Both the position numbers and the translations under genes were made by a program. Shown in pieces: positions 26,601-40,500 of a DNA stretch of 64,000 nucleotides. Source of the DNA: Azolla caroliniana (taxonomy: Eukaryota; Plantae; Polypodiophyta). The notes beneath the pieces are model-generated. The model was not told the DNA's origin. It saw nothing but the letters and a program-made list of their open reading frames with translations, and made no database searches. The DNA is taken from contig JBHGNT010000002.1 in assembly GCA_043228905.1 (NCBI GenBank), positions 3,968,001 to 4,032,000 of the forward strand. Direction: 5' to 3'. Position 1 is the first letter of the stretch. The number at the start of each line of letters is the position of its first letter.

Positions 26601-27598
26601 CGTCATTCAATGAATTAATGGAGAAAAATAGGAATGACTTCACTCTAGTTCATCATCAAACACTTGACAATATAGATAATAACCAAACACGATGCAAAAT
26701 GCAAAAATATCAGAATATAGTCTCACATAACCATCAACTTGAAATCAAAGATGAGGATTTCATTGATATACAAGAGGACACTTCTATGAAGGGTACTATA
26801 AACCATGGTAAGAAAGTTAATCCAAGTTGTGCTAGATCCAAATTCTATAATGATAATGTGGAAGAAAGTGGATTAGAGCTGAGCGGGAATGCTATGTTAG
26901 GTTCACAAAAGAAAACTAACTCACCTATTTCAATGAAGAATCATGATGGGAAAGACGATGTTACAAGAACTCCTCTTTCGCAAAGCCCTCTCAACATATG
27001 CAACATCGTCGATCAACCGAAACGAGGGATTATATCGAATTTCAACCAACCAGATATCGATCCAAATCCAAGTATTGGTGTTGTTGAGGAGGTAGTTGAC
27101 AATATAGGTACAAAAACGAACACATCAAATATTATATCATTGGAAGGCAATAAATGTAATAATAATAATAATAATATAAAGAATTATAATACCGATTGGA
27201 AATCTTCTTCATTGTCCAATATGTCATTCAAAGAAAAAAGTGACAAGTTACTTTTATGTACTTCTATTGTACATGAGATTGTTTACGAGGCAGTAAGTAA
27301 AGGTGAAGAAAAAGAGAAAGAAAAATACCTTCATTTGGGCATATCTCCTCTAGAAAGAAAACACTTCTTTAATTCTGACTATAATGTAAGCTCATTGAAA
27401 GGAAAGATATTGAAGAAACTAATCGTAAAGCCAACAAAGGAAATTCCTTCAAATCTGTCACACAAAGATCAAAGAGATAACGTTGTAGTTGTGGCAGGAG
27501 GAGATATGGAAAGAAATATTCTCCCTCTAGCGGCGTCAACAAACAAAGGTCAACCAAGATTGGCATTTAACTCGACTTGTGGTTGTAATATCATGTGA
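23677..27598 (+). CDS. Basic proline/serine-rich microtubule-associated protein (BPP-like family), 5 exons, C-terminal CaaX
   Basis: Exons 23677-23872, 24133-24244, 24830-24932, 25179-26009, 26408-27598 (GT-AG, in phase). Family motifs as I recall them: DEDLALF.DM, KNDYDWLLTPPETPLFPSL, PPPNLRTS and the C-terminal LLCTSIVHEIVYEA..CGCNIM. The start codon is less certain. Confidence 0.85.
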
Positions 27599-28779
27599 TG
27601 AGATGTGTATGCACATTTCAACAACAAGTCACAACACTTGAAGATTCTACAAGATGTGCACACTTTGGAGAAAGTTGTTGACATAACATAATGTTGCCGA
27701 GAAAAAGAGAATGTTCTTAATACAACACATTAGCAACATTTGCTTTTAAGGTTTGAGAAACAAGCAAGTTCAGCAAGTTGATAATAGGGACTTAATCAAG
27801 CTATGTCTAGGAGAAATGTCTCATAGTTTATGTCAAACCAACAAACAACTTGTATCATACCATAAGGACCCATATTCATATTACTTTGAAGAAATAACAT
27901 TTATTATGCCCTCAGTATTGGTAATAAGTCTACAATTACATGAACAACAATGAAATCTCACAAATTTGTACCCTTGCTCTCTTCATAATGTTGCATAAAA
28001 AACTGGGCCTTCCATTCAAGACCCACGAGCCATACCTAAAGATCACTTTCATGCTTGTACCCAAGATTGGCCTTCATGAGAGGTAACTTTGTATGCTCAT
28101 TTTCATAATAATAATAGCAATAAATCCTTGTCTTTGATCTTCACTTGGATATTCAAGGCCACAAGTACATGTAAACAAAAAACGGAATTATTAAGTTTTG
28201 ATCTTGGAGATATTGAATGACCAACAAATCCATGTACCATAGTGAAGTTCGTTTGTTTTGATGTATGGTTACAATTTGATAATAGTAAAGGTAGATATTA
28301 ATCTTACAAAAGCTTTTGTTTTCATTGAGCAACAACATAAGTTTAATCAACACATTCACACATGCCTATATTGTGATGAATCAAATCCAAGACTTTATAG
28401 AGATTTTAAAGAGTTGTAAGAAGATAAATGTGTGATTTCAAATCAATTAAACAGTTAGGTATTTGATTAGGCTAATTATCATTGACATAGAGAAATATTA
28501 AAAACTACACGTGCAACATTACTAATATATCCAAAATGCTTGTTTAGGTACATTCCTATGAGTAAGACTTTAAATATCATTATATTCATTTGATGTTGAT
28601 TTTTTCCTTCAATGTTATGCAAGACAGATCACCACTTCTTTGTGATTTACAAGATTTAAATTTCCATGCATTTGTGTTGGCAATTTTGTTTTCTTTTTTG
28701 GTACTTTACCTCATTCTTGGAATGATGTATTGTTTTAGTGGTGACTTCAAAATCTTATTATAACTTGTATATTGAAAAG

Positions 28780-29000
28780 CACAATTCAAAATTTATCATA
28801 GCTTTATTGTCACTCAAGACAATACCATAAAATTGACACAAATGATGAGAACCAATAAGCATTCAAATGAAGAAGCCAACCACACCTTATGTTAACCACA
28901 ATTCAAAATTTATCATAGCTTTGTTGTCACTCAAGCCCTAAGCCATTACCATAAAATTGATACAAATGATGACAACCAATAAGCATTCAAATGATGAAGT
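28780..29000. repeat. Imperfect ~117-bp tandem duplication
   Basis: cacaattcaaaatttatcatagcttt.ttgtcactcaag...taccataaaattga.acaaatgatga.aaccaataagcattcaaatga.gaag occurs twice. Confidence 0.8.
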
Positions 29001-29479
29001 CAAGGTGCCCGAGGGGCAATCTATCTTTATAACATTAAATTATGATATATTACATAAATCTCTGATTTGGTTCTCATTCATAGTACAACAACATGGTTAA
29101 AGACGCATTCATGGTAAAAGAATAAGGGTGTGGTTAAAAAAAAAAATTGGATAATTGAACGTAGTTTGTAATATGAGCAGGAATGTTACATAATTAAAAT
29201 GAAAAGTTAGTAGAGGTCATATCCATTTGAAAAGGAAAGCAAACTAAGTAGTAGGAGATTCATTCACATTTATGAGTGATGCATGTACATGGTTCTCTAT
29301 CCAACAATTTTGGTGTATTGTCTTTATTTGATTTTTGACTCACTTGGTTGAGATATCTTAGTTTGTAATTGATGTTTAACTTGTTGATGAGAGAGAGAGA
29401 GAGAGACACACACACACACACAATTGTGTGAGAGTAAATGTATCTAGATACCCATGTTATTATATTTTTTACTTCACCA

Positions 29480-30050
29480 TATCTTCCTTGGACTAAGAAG
29501 GCATTACAAATATTGTTGCTACCTCATTGGTTCATGTTGTGGCAGGAGGGAGAAGCAATGGGAGTTCATGGATTTCTTGGGACTATTTGGCTACTCCCAA
29601 ACGGTTAGGTGGTACAACAATATTGGATTTGGAAATGCATTTGATGGCTCGTAGGTTTGCATTATGACGAGATATGTGTCAACAAGATCAATCAACCATG
29701 GATATCTATGATGAAATATTTTATTGAGCATGATGGATTGGTGCATGGGAAAACAAAGATTAAGGCATTGTGGTGGCCATTACTCAATTGATTTATTCCT
29801 CTAAAGATTTGACATTCTATATGCGAACAATCATTGGTAAGGTCATGGCAAGATGCATTATCTGTTTTTGAATGGGCACCATCAAGTAATCGAGAATTTT
29901 GTAATTCATTACAAAATGAATTGCTTGTTTCTTCTCGAGCGTTGTATTGGCATGGAAAAGAGAAGCCAAAATCTCAATTCAATCGGTTATTTGATTGGGA
30001 GTGGGAGAGGGAGCGAGGTTCTTTAGCATCCATAGAGAGTCTAGTATGAG
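29480..30050 (+). mobile_element. Degenerate L1-type LINE ORF2 fragment (post-RT region)
   Basis: Plus frame reads WISWDYLATPKRLGGTTILDLEMHLMARRF, matching the L1 W..l..PK..GG.gi.dl motif, with stops and frameshifts downstream. Confidence 0.6.
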
Positions 30051-30129
30051 AGTGAGTGAGAGTGAGAAAAATGTTGAAATGAGGAAAATCTTGAAGATAT
30101 TGACTCTTCGTCTCGTACTTGTAAGTGGA

Positions 30130-30357
30130 GTATTAGTGTTAAGTGTTAAACCAAAACCTAATTGCCCCTCCTTTTGTATATGTTATGATGACTTCTCTCT
30201 TTAATCGAAATGCAAATAGTTTTATTACTTGTGATCTATTTCCGTATTAGTGTTAAGTGTTAAACCAAAACCTAATTGCCCCTCCTTTTGTATATGTTAT
30301 GATGACTTCTCTCTTTAATCGAAATGCAAATAGTTTTATTACTTGTGATCTATTTCC
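30130..30357. repeat. Perfect 114-bp tandem duplication
   Basis: gtattagtgttaagtgttaaacc...gtgatctatttcc occurs at 30130 and 30244. Confidence 0.92.
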
Positions 30358-30999
30358 TTGTAGCATCTAGCATTTATGCCTACATGAGGCATTAGTGAGC
30401 TTCTTAGCGAAGTTTGTGCTTCGATAGAGGTGAGTTAGAGTTCGTAAAATTAGGGCCAGCAAGGTTAGAAGCTTGAGAGTACTTGACAATCACTCTCACC
30501 CAACACGTCATTGATAGGCTATACAATAGTTTAGACCCCTCTACCTAAAATATTGGCATGGAGGCAAAACATTGTCGATACAAATATGTGCATGCCATGT
30601 GTTTACCTTGAGACAAAGCAATTTCTAATCCAAACTTGATTGTATCATCTAGTTTCTTTTACCAATTTATGAGGACTTTACCTACATGTTCTTTTTTCAT
30701 TGATAGCATACAAAAGCACATGTTTGTATGTGAGTTGCATGTGTCTTTGGCTCATATTATGATTTTAAATTCGCTAGAATGGCTTTAACTTCTTTTCTTC
30801 TTTTTTCCTGAAAAAATATCCTCCATTGGTATTAAAATGAAAGTGGCCAAAGACCATGTACAAAATAGGCTAATATTACTTTGAATATTGTAAAGCCATG
30901 CCGAATGACTCTAGCCAGTCTTTCTAGGTAAGATAAGTAAGAAAAAAAAACCTCGCCAATCTTTATAGGCAAAAAAATTACAATGATGCCATACCAATA

Positions 31000-31400
31000 T
31001 CCAAATCAAAGAAATGCCCATGCTTTGCATTTGTTCAAATGAATCAAGTGCTTTGTGGCCTTGTCCATGCTGGACATATGTTATAATGAGTGCATTCCAA
31101 GCTATACACATCTTGAAAAACAAACTTTTCCAGCACTTCCTTGGTTGTTCCAAACCTACCACATTTGTCATACATCTCCATCGAAGCATTTCCCAATACC
31201 ATCATATCATTATCCACTAGAACCATATCTGCAATGTCACCGTGAATTTATTTTCCCTTGTCAATAGCTTCTACACTTCCACAAGCCTTTGCTACGGCAA
31301 GCTAGGAGACCACATGTAAAGGTAAAAACAATCTCCAGCATGTAAAAACAAGTCCATTCTATCATGATTGCATTCCAAATGGCCACATTTGTAGTTAGAA
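31000..31400 (-). pseudogene. PLS-class PPR protein pseudogene fragment
   Basis: Minus strand reads AKACGSVEAIDKGK*IHGDI..LGNASMEMYDKCG..DVYS/(frameshift)WNALIITYVQHGQGHKALDSFEQMQ. These are typical L-S-P PPR motifs with a stop and a frameshift. Confidence 0.85.
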
Positions 31401-34400
31401 GCGTCTGAAACACATCTTCCTTTGCCCCTTGTCATGGTTTCTAAAAACTTCATGTTGTAGACAAAAGTACTGAAGACCATAGTCAACATATAAACAACAT
31501 CTCAAAGTATCCAGCTTTTTCAAACTTCATTTTTCCACATTTGCCCTCAACCTTTGACAACAAAAATGCCTACAAAATCAACCAGCTTCATAAATCATGT
31601 AATGTGATCAGTTTATCAACTATTTCCAATGTCTGAAGTTAAGCAATGTCTCTGATGACAGTAACACATTTGGCTTGAGTTGTTGTGTCTTAAAAACATT
31701 AAAAATCTCCAAGCTTCAAAATATGTACTCTCGTCGACCCTCAAGAAAATGCTTCCAAGTCCACACCATCAACACTCATAGAACAAAAAAAGAAAATGAG
31801 TGTACTCTCCCATCGTGAAGTATGCTTCAGCCCCCGCCAACCTCATGACTCATCCTTATCAAACAAAGAATCTGTTTTATTTTCCCCATCCAACATCTAG
31901 CCAGTTACCACCAAAGTCCACCTCAACCATCTCTCATCGTAGACCACGAAAGCCTTGTACATACAAAAAACATAATGACACTACTCTCTATATCCCCTCA
32001 TGAAATTATGCTTCTTCCCCCAACACCATTGTCACTCATCCTTGTCAAAAATAGATAATGTGCTTCGTTGTCCATATCAACAATGTCATCTTTTACTATG
32101 AAGGTCCTTGAGATTGGAAGACACGATGACCAACATCCAATGTGCTCTCCTTCTCCCCTCATGAAAGTATGCGTCAGCCCCTACACCATCAAAAAATAGA
32201 ATGAATCACTCTCCTCAGACACTCATAAAAATCTGCTTCACCCTCCAACACCATCTTTATAGAAAATCTGCTTCATTTTCAACATCAACCATCTGTCCAT
32301 TTTCAGATTCCATCAAGCATCCTGACATATAGATAGCAAACATATTAGTGTAAAAAACTCCCTCACCAACTCATGATACTATGCTTCAAACCCCACACCA
32401 TCTTCACTCCTCCTTATCCCTCAAAAGAATTTTGCTTCTTAATTCCACATCAACCCTCTCGCCGATTACCACCAAATTCCTGCTCATAATAATATGCTTC
32501 AACCCCCACACCATCTACACTCATCCTTATCGCTCAAAAAGAATTTGCTTCTTATGTCCACAACAATCATCTCGGCATCTCGCTAATCGGCACCAAATTT
32601 TGGCTTGCCATGTCCTTGATTTGCACCAACATAATCACTTATCATGTCCAACGACACTGCTTCATAGTCCATTAGGTAAGTAACAAAACCCGCCGAAAAG
32701 TATCAAACAATACAGATTACTTTGAATAGAAATATATAAATATCTCCCTATCACACCATAGGAACACTTCTTCCTCCCATAGCAACATCCTTTTCCAACA
32801 AAGAAAAGAATTATTATGTTTATCAACAAGTTATGGTGTTATGTGCTATAAGACTGAAATAAGAAAGGCCTAGGTGGAGGAAACAACCATCGTGGTGGCA
32901 CATAATTCCAACAATTTTCATGTGTCCCATCCAACCATAGAGGTATTGGCCACCATGTCTGACGAATTTTTCTTCTTTTCTTATGTACCTTTTCTGTTGT
33001 TCCTTTAATAGAATGGCTTTAACTTTTGTAGCATATATGAACTCCTTCACCCAAAGCGAAGGGGGGGAAGGGCAATGGTCCTTTCCGGTTCTATTGCGGG
33101 TTGGGACCATCCAACTGGAAGAACCCTCAAGTCCTCTATTCAATGCCTCCAAATGGGCACACTAATGGTTAGCATATAGATATTTTTATGTGAAATTTCT
33201 AGCTAACTATTCCGCCTCAAGTGTTCGATATATGTGCTAGCAGCTCCATATTCTACACACGATCTATCTCTTCCTTGATAATTGCATCATGTCCAACAGC
33301 CCTTAACTGCGTTAATGTTCCTGACATTGTATTCCAGTTTTTGTAGCATTTGAATATGGATTTAAGGCAAATACTCCAAATTCAATCATTTGATTTTGTT
33401 ATCTTTATAGTAATGAGAGTTTTGTGTGTGTTTAAAATGTTGGCATGAATTGAGGGTTGTGCCATTTTTGTAGAACAAGGCTATCTAGATTAGCACTCTC
33501 TATCTTTCAGGGAGCAAACACTCAATGAAGAGAAAACCTTAATATGCCACCAAAAACTTACTCCTATCTTTGATGCAAGAAAGTTTGAAATCTAAATATA
33601 ATATTACTCCTTGAAAATGAAATAAATATCCTTTGACAAAGTGGCATTGGATCAACAAAGAAACAAGGATGTGATTAACTGTTTGGAGGAGAATGATTGC
33701 TAATTGCTAAAAGAAACTAAAATTATATGCAGTTTCATCCCCTGAAAGTAGGGGTCAAAATCCAAAAAACCCAGGTCTTATTTATCCACAATGTGACCCT
33801 TTATTACCATTCAACCGTACCAATCAACCTCAGAAAGAGAGAAGCCTCATATAATTTGTTTCGAAAACTAATGATTAGGGGTGGCCAAGTTTTTCTTCAT
33901 TCCCAATATGCAAAAGAAATATCATAAAATTATTTTATCAGACATGTCAAGCAGCTCAGAAAGAATTACATTTGCATGAGGGGTTTAGGGTTTTACGATG
34001 CATTGAACAATATCGTTTTTGTAGAATTAAAGAAAACTACATTTGGAAGGAAAGTGAAAAACAGGTATTTTGGAAGTTAGACTGATTTTAATGAAAAGTT
34101 TCCATTACTCGAGTGATACAATACACGAGCAACTTGATGGCACAGTTACATTCTCTGCACATAAAAATTAGGCATAATAATAACTATTCTCTATAATCTA
34201 ACCAGATGAATTTGTACATTAAATTTGCTGTAAATCTGCGCAAAAGTTTACACTGAATTTGCTATGAAGGTGAGGTGTTCTCTAGCAAAGCAATACTCTA
34301 AATTACAATAGACAAAGCTTCGAGTGCATTGTTTCACTAGTTTAATAAATCAAATGTAACCCTTCAATCTGAAACCTTGGATTGGTTATAGCAATGCTTT

Positions 34401-34548
34401 TCTAAAAGAGAGAAATAATCTTAAAATACAATAGACAAAGCATCAATGAGAATGCTTTTGTCTCATCTTCATTAACTTATCACCGATTGATAATAATTAA
34501 GAGTAACTAATAAGTGTTGGTTAATAGGTGTTGTAAGTAACAAGAATT

Positions 34549-37500
34549 TTATTTAAGATCTTCAGATGCTGCAGCCGGAATACAATGAGTCGTAAGAATA
34601 TCTGGTGTTGCTTCCTTGGCTTTTTGAGTCTCAAGCACTAGAATCTGTCACAAGAAATAATCAATCAATCAATCAAATCGACACTTTTCACATGCTGGCA
34701 ACTTTATATTAAAATAAGATCTGTCTATTGATCACTTCAGTTCCATATATCATATTTGACCTCAAAAAGTGAGCAGCCCATGGTGTACAATGAAGAGTAA
34801 CCTCAGCACAGTTGGAACAGGTATCTAACTTAAGAATGAAAGCCGGCACAACTCAACACTATGAATTTGAGAATATGTGACACTTGGGCACAGCAGTACA
34901 AGAAAAGATTAGATTAATAGTACTTAACATGCGTGGTGCAAACTCTACTATTTGCAAACGAGGTTTGGGGAGGAAGTAACTCAGCAAGCTCATGAAAAGA
35001 AATTTCTACAGCTTCACTTGGGGATTAAGAGCACAACCCTGTACTCCATAAAGCATCTAGAACCTGGAAGAAGGCCAATTGACTTTTACACCCCCTAACA
35101 AGTTTACAAGTACATATTGAAAATAAGGACAATGCCTCACATTTGCCTCCCAGAGGCCACATGGGGGAACAGGACGCTTACCACAGAAAAATTACAGAAA
35201 CAAACTTCTTTCATCTATGTCAGTCCAAGACATCTGGAAATGGTTTGCAAGACGGCATGTGGAAAAATATTTGAACATGCACATAGAGGAATAGAAAAGG
35301 ACAGGAGAACATGAGTCCGTGTTTTAGTCAGCCACACTGGAATCACTTCAGAGAAATGGAGGATAGCCCAACATAGATCAAGTACTATGACAGCTGCATT
35401 AATACACAATCTCAGAAAATTCAAGCCGATGCTCAAGCCCACATCCAGACACCCATGCTGACAAATCATAGGAGACATGTTATCACATTGAATGCTTTGT
35501 AAAGATTTGTTGGTCTCATGATCATGTTGAGGCCCCATGAGCATTGCTGCAACATCGAAGTTTTATTTTTTATTTTTTATTTTTCAATGATTGGGTACAC
35601 ACCCCATTTTGTTGTAAACCAATTCTCTCATAGACCAATTTTGGTCTTAGAAGACCAATTTCTTTCTCTCTGGCTGTTGGCCTGGTGTTTTACAGCATAG
35701 CATCAAGTCATAAGATTAAGAGAACCCAAGTTCAATCCTAACCATGGGATCAGCCCCACCAATAAGCTTGCATTGGTCTCATGTGGTTAATAATATATCT
35801 ATCTCTGTTTCTTTCAATCTCCCACTCTGTACAATGTTTTTCAAAATTGTAGAGTGATATTATTGAGAGAGAGAGAGAGAGAGATTCGTAAAGAGAGCAG
35901 TATTTCAGGAATTTCAAAAAATGAGGGATTTATTTTGTGAATTTCATAAAATACAAGGGATACTTTGATAAATCTTCCCAAAATTGACAGTACAATTTTC
36001 TTAGAAATTGAAAAGAAGAAAGAATCGGCAACGAGACCTGGTCATATTCAAGTTCAAATTTCAGAAATCTGTCTTGGCAATTCTCAACAATGTTCGCCAG
36101 GTGCTTCAGATTCTTGATATTCACCCCATTCACGGCTAGAATCTACAGAAAAAGAAGATAAAATGGAATGTGCATTTATATATATATATATACATATATA
36201 TTATGAATAGATTTTTTACAGATCCAAAACAATTTATCCTAACAAAGTTTATGCTCATAAGCTTCTTCTTACTAAAAAATTCTTAAAATGTAGTAGAAAA
36301 GACCATTTTGCAACCTTAACGTTGCTAGTTCAAATGCAACACCAATGGACCTGATGTTAAAATATTTTACAAAACACTTTCCTTTTTCAGATGAAGATTA
36401 CATATCCTAGTTCACACCTAAGCACATGGATTTACATATGAGCATTCCACAACCCAACAATTGAAAACAATTGCACTGTTAAAAATAAAATGTTAACATG
36501 CTAAACAAATGCAAACAGACATACAAAAAGTTCCCCAACCCAAGTGTTGAATTTGTCACAAAGACCTTACAATGAATATCAATATTCTCAAGAAATAATC
36601 TAACTATCAAGACAACACTTATCCTAGCATTTTCTAAAATGGTGAATAGCATTTACATAGCCATACAAAAAAAAAATTAGCAGCAATACTTGGTGAAATT
36701 GGCCAAGTATATAACCTGAGTATTGACAATATCTTCGTATCCAATGTTGATATCAGCCACTAAGACCTGCATATGATATATATCTAAATTGCTCAGACTT
36801 TATTTTTATTCTTTTTTCCTTTTCTTGTATTATACAGAACTAGGAAGATACAGAGTCGCAATATAACTTCCAAACCTTACAAACACTGCTTCAGTTGATA
36901 TCTCTAAATAGCTTAGACTTTCTTATATGTGAAACACAAATTCATATATTCATTCATAGCTTCATACAAAAATTTTAGACAACGAAACCTGTGAGATGAC
37001 AACCAATTGTTCGTCCTCTGATTGGGCCACTGAATATAGCAGCTTGTCGAGTAGTTTTACAGGTGTATCAAAGGTGTAATCCTTGCCATACTACAAAAAC
37101 ATTGTGTCATTGTAATCAACATTTCATGCATTATGCAACTACTACAAAGACATTATGTCTAGACAAACCCATCACTCAAGTCTACCTCTGAGCGTAGATA
37201 AGGAACTGAGACTGCAGCAAACACTATTCCAGCAATGATATAGTAAGAAGGGGGTAGGCCTTTGATGTGAACTGGAACAACACGTTTATGGGTTTTAAGT
37301 TCTATGCTAAATTCCAAGCACTTCTTATCTCTCAAGATTTTGAGTTTTGCTTTTTCCCCTGAAAACTTTTGAGAAACAAGATAGCTGAATCCGATTCTCT
37401 CACCATGACGGAAGGTAACTGTGGATTATTGAAGGAAAAATGAACAGGAATAGTGAGACATTTACAAACATAATCCAAGTATTATTCTTCTATAGACACA

Positions 37501-40500
37501 ATAAACCACCTGCTATAATACCAACCCATTCAGACCTGTCCCATCATTTGCTATATCGATATCATCAAAGCTCAATATAATGTCAGATGACTGAAGGTAT
37601 TTTGCTACAGGAGCTGTTGTCTCCACCTTTCTAATGAGGACCCCCTTTTGATGAGCTTCCATTCCAAGTGCATTTCTCAGGTCTGGATTCTCCATTTTTT
37701 GCCAGTCTATTCCAAGTATCGGAAAACCTGTTTGACAAACATTTCAGGATAACTGCCTAATAAACAATGTATGAAGAATAATGTTCTAAATAGAACATAT
37801 TCAAAAACCTTTCTTTACAGGGTTATTTTATGTTTTCCTATTTTGAATCAGTATCATTTTAGGCTTTCGAGTTTCACTGTCTTATGAATCCCAAGGCAAT
37901 CAGAAGGCCATATTTGAAAAACACTAGGAACAAGTAGATAACCTGTATAATTCCCGTTGCGCTCATAATCACTAAGGAAATGACTGATAACAGGTGTGGG
38001 GATGATGTATCCAATGTTTTCTGCATCTTCTTGCTTTAAAGCTTGGAAAGCAATGCCCACACATTCACTATTCGCATTAAAGGCAGGACCACCTGAGTTA
38101 CCAGCATTTATGGCAGCATCAATCTATATGACACAGACTGTTTACATCAGTATCATGATAGTCCAACACCCAGAAAAGCATTTCAAACATGGATCTTTGC
38201 TTCTAAATATTCTTCCCAACCACGACTCAAAAAGCATCCAAAGGCAAAGAGGGAAGGTCACCCACTCACACTTGATGTAGTAAACAGAATTAGGACAGAA
38301 ATGAGCAAGGGTGAGCCATTAGGGCGGTCAATGTTCGTTTGTTCCTAACAATTTCTGTATTTGTTTTTTAACCCAAGTTCTTGGGAGGATAGTTCAAGTT
38401 GGATGGAATCAGTTGATTTATGAGAAGATTATGGATGGCAGTTGACTTTTACAGTGGATTGTAACTTTTGAGTTGTGTAGACAGCAGCATTTTTAATTGT
38501 ATGTTGACATGTTATTTGAGTAATGAGTCATATTCGCACATTATGGATAATGGAATAATGTACAGGACATTATCCACATGTTAACTTCAAAATTTATGGA
38601 TTTTGTCTATGCCAGCCAACATTCTGTATACTCATTAGAAATACAAACTTGAAATTTACCATGTTTCATGTAGGAAGAGTGTATCGAGCATGCATTGGTC
38701 AATATGCATACTTTTCTTCTCTTCCAACTAAGCATTAAAACAAAATGTAAACTACTTGATTACTACGGAGAGCTACTTAACTACCACCAATAATACACCT
38801 CAATTTTTTATTACGAGAAATAGATTTCAAAACTAGGAATACAAACAGGAAATTTTACCATGTTGCCTCTAGGAAGAACGCACAACATAAGTATATTCTC
38901 AATAAATACATTCTTCTTCTTTTCCAAATAAACTTTGCAACAGAGTCTGAATTACTCAACTACAATGGAGAGTTGCCGTAAAATAAACTAACAAAACAAC
39001 ACTTCAGCACACAGACAAACTGAATTTTTGGTATTATGAGGAGTGTATTCCAAAATTAGAAATACAAACTGGAAATTTTACCATGTTTCTTGTAGAAAGA
39101 GTGTATCAAGTAAGTATTTCTCAATATACATACTTTTCTTCTCTTCCAAATAAACATTAAGCAAACTCTAAACCACATGACTACTACAGAGAACCAATAT
39201 TTCCAAGGAAATCCACAGATTTTGATAATAAAGTTCATAAATAGAATTAAGACCCATATGTGTTAAGAGTGTCAACAGTCATCCAGTTTTTCATGGAAGT
39301 CGTCTAAAAAGAACTTTTTTATTCTGACAGCAATATAGCATCCATTAAAGATCTGGTAACTTTCAAGAATTTATCTTTTAAGCCTCATACACCAAAACAA
39401 ATTCTTGATATTCACACTAAATAAATTCGAGAATTAAAAAATAAATAGCTAAAATCAAGCTATATAGATGATGCCACTTGGGAGAAAGAGCACGTTCTTA
39501 AATCTAACCTCCATGACTTTGATTTTTCATTACAAGAGTGCAATGTTCTGAAAACAGGGACATTACAATCATAACCTTAATAACCAATTTAAAAGGCTAA
39601 TTTCAATGGATTTAAGGGTAGGATAATTGGGATAGTGAATATATCTTGTTAGTTGAGGCAAACCATTAAGGATCTAGGACCCTTGAGAATACATGGTAAT
39701 CTGGGAACCTAAGGAGTCAGTTATATAACGGGGACTAGCTAAACCCTTCAAAACAGAATCTTAGAGACACTGTTGAGACTCTGGTAGTATGATAAAGCTC
39801 TAATATATTTCAGATCCATAGCCTTGCTGATACACAAAGTATAATGCAAATCCATAGTCAGCCGATGGCATTTTATATTTGATTCTTGTCCTCTGCTCAA
39901 GGTTGATTGGGTTAATCAATTCTTTTTTTCCATTTCTATCAGGGTTTCCTAAACATTGTTTGGTGATATAACCAAAACTTGGGCACATTTGGGAAACAAA
40001 GAAAAACCTGCAGGTATTTCGGAGTTTTTCCCTACTTATTATAAAGAACATACCTGCACTCCTAACAATTCTGTTGCTCCATGGGCATAAGATGTAACCT
40101 CAATCCTCGATACAACTCCACTTGTCACTGAGATCGTATCACCACCTATTGGGTAACCAACAACTGTAACAGAGTCTTGCAAGCTTGGTAAACCGCCAAA
40201 TTTCATTTCAGGTACTCCTTCCCAAAATTCATCACTTTTTACGGTCAACAAAGCTGCAAAAGGAAAGCTGATTGACTCGTTAAACAGTAATGCACATAGA
40301 AAATAGCCAAAATGTACATACACTCTTATCTCCACAATTATCAATGAATTTCTCTGTGACCAAGTTTCATGCACATGAAAATGCTGAAACCTCTACAGTT
40401 TGCTATTATTTCAAGTTATTTTACAGCTTTCTGAGTTGCAAACTTGAGAAATAGAACCATGTTGATGCTCAAAGTCCAAACCATTTTCCTAGACATTTAG

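Noticed and set aside
35215-35544. 109-aa sense ORF or possible snoRNA within DEG9 intron 9
   Set aside because: No domain similarity, no convincing C/D or H/ACA boxes, and DEG9 splices in frame without it.
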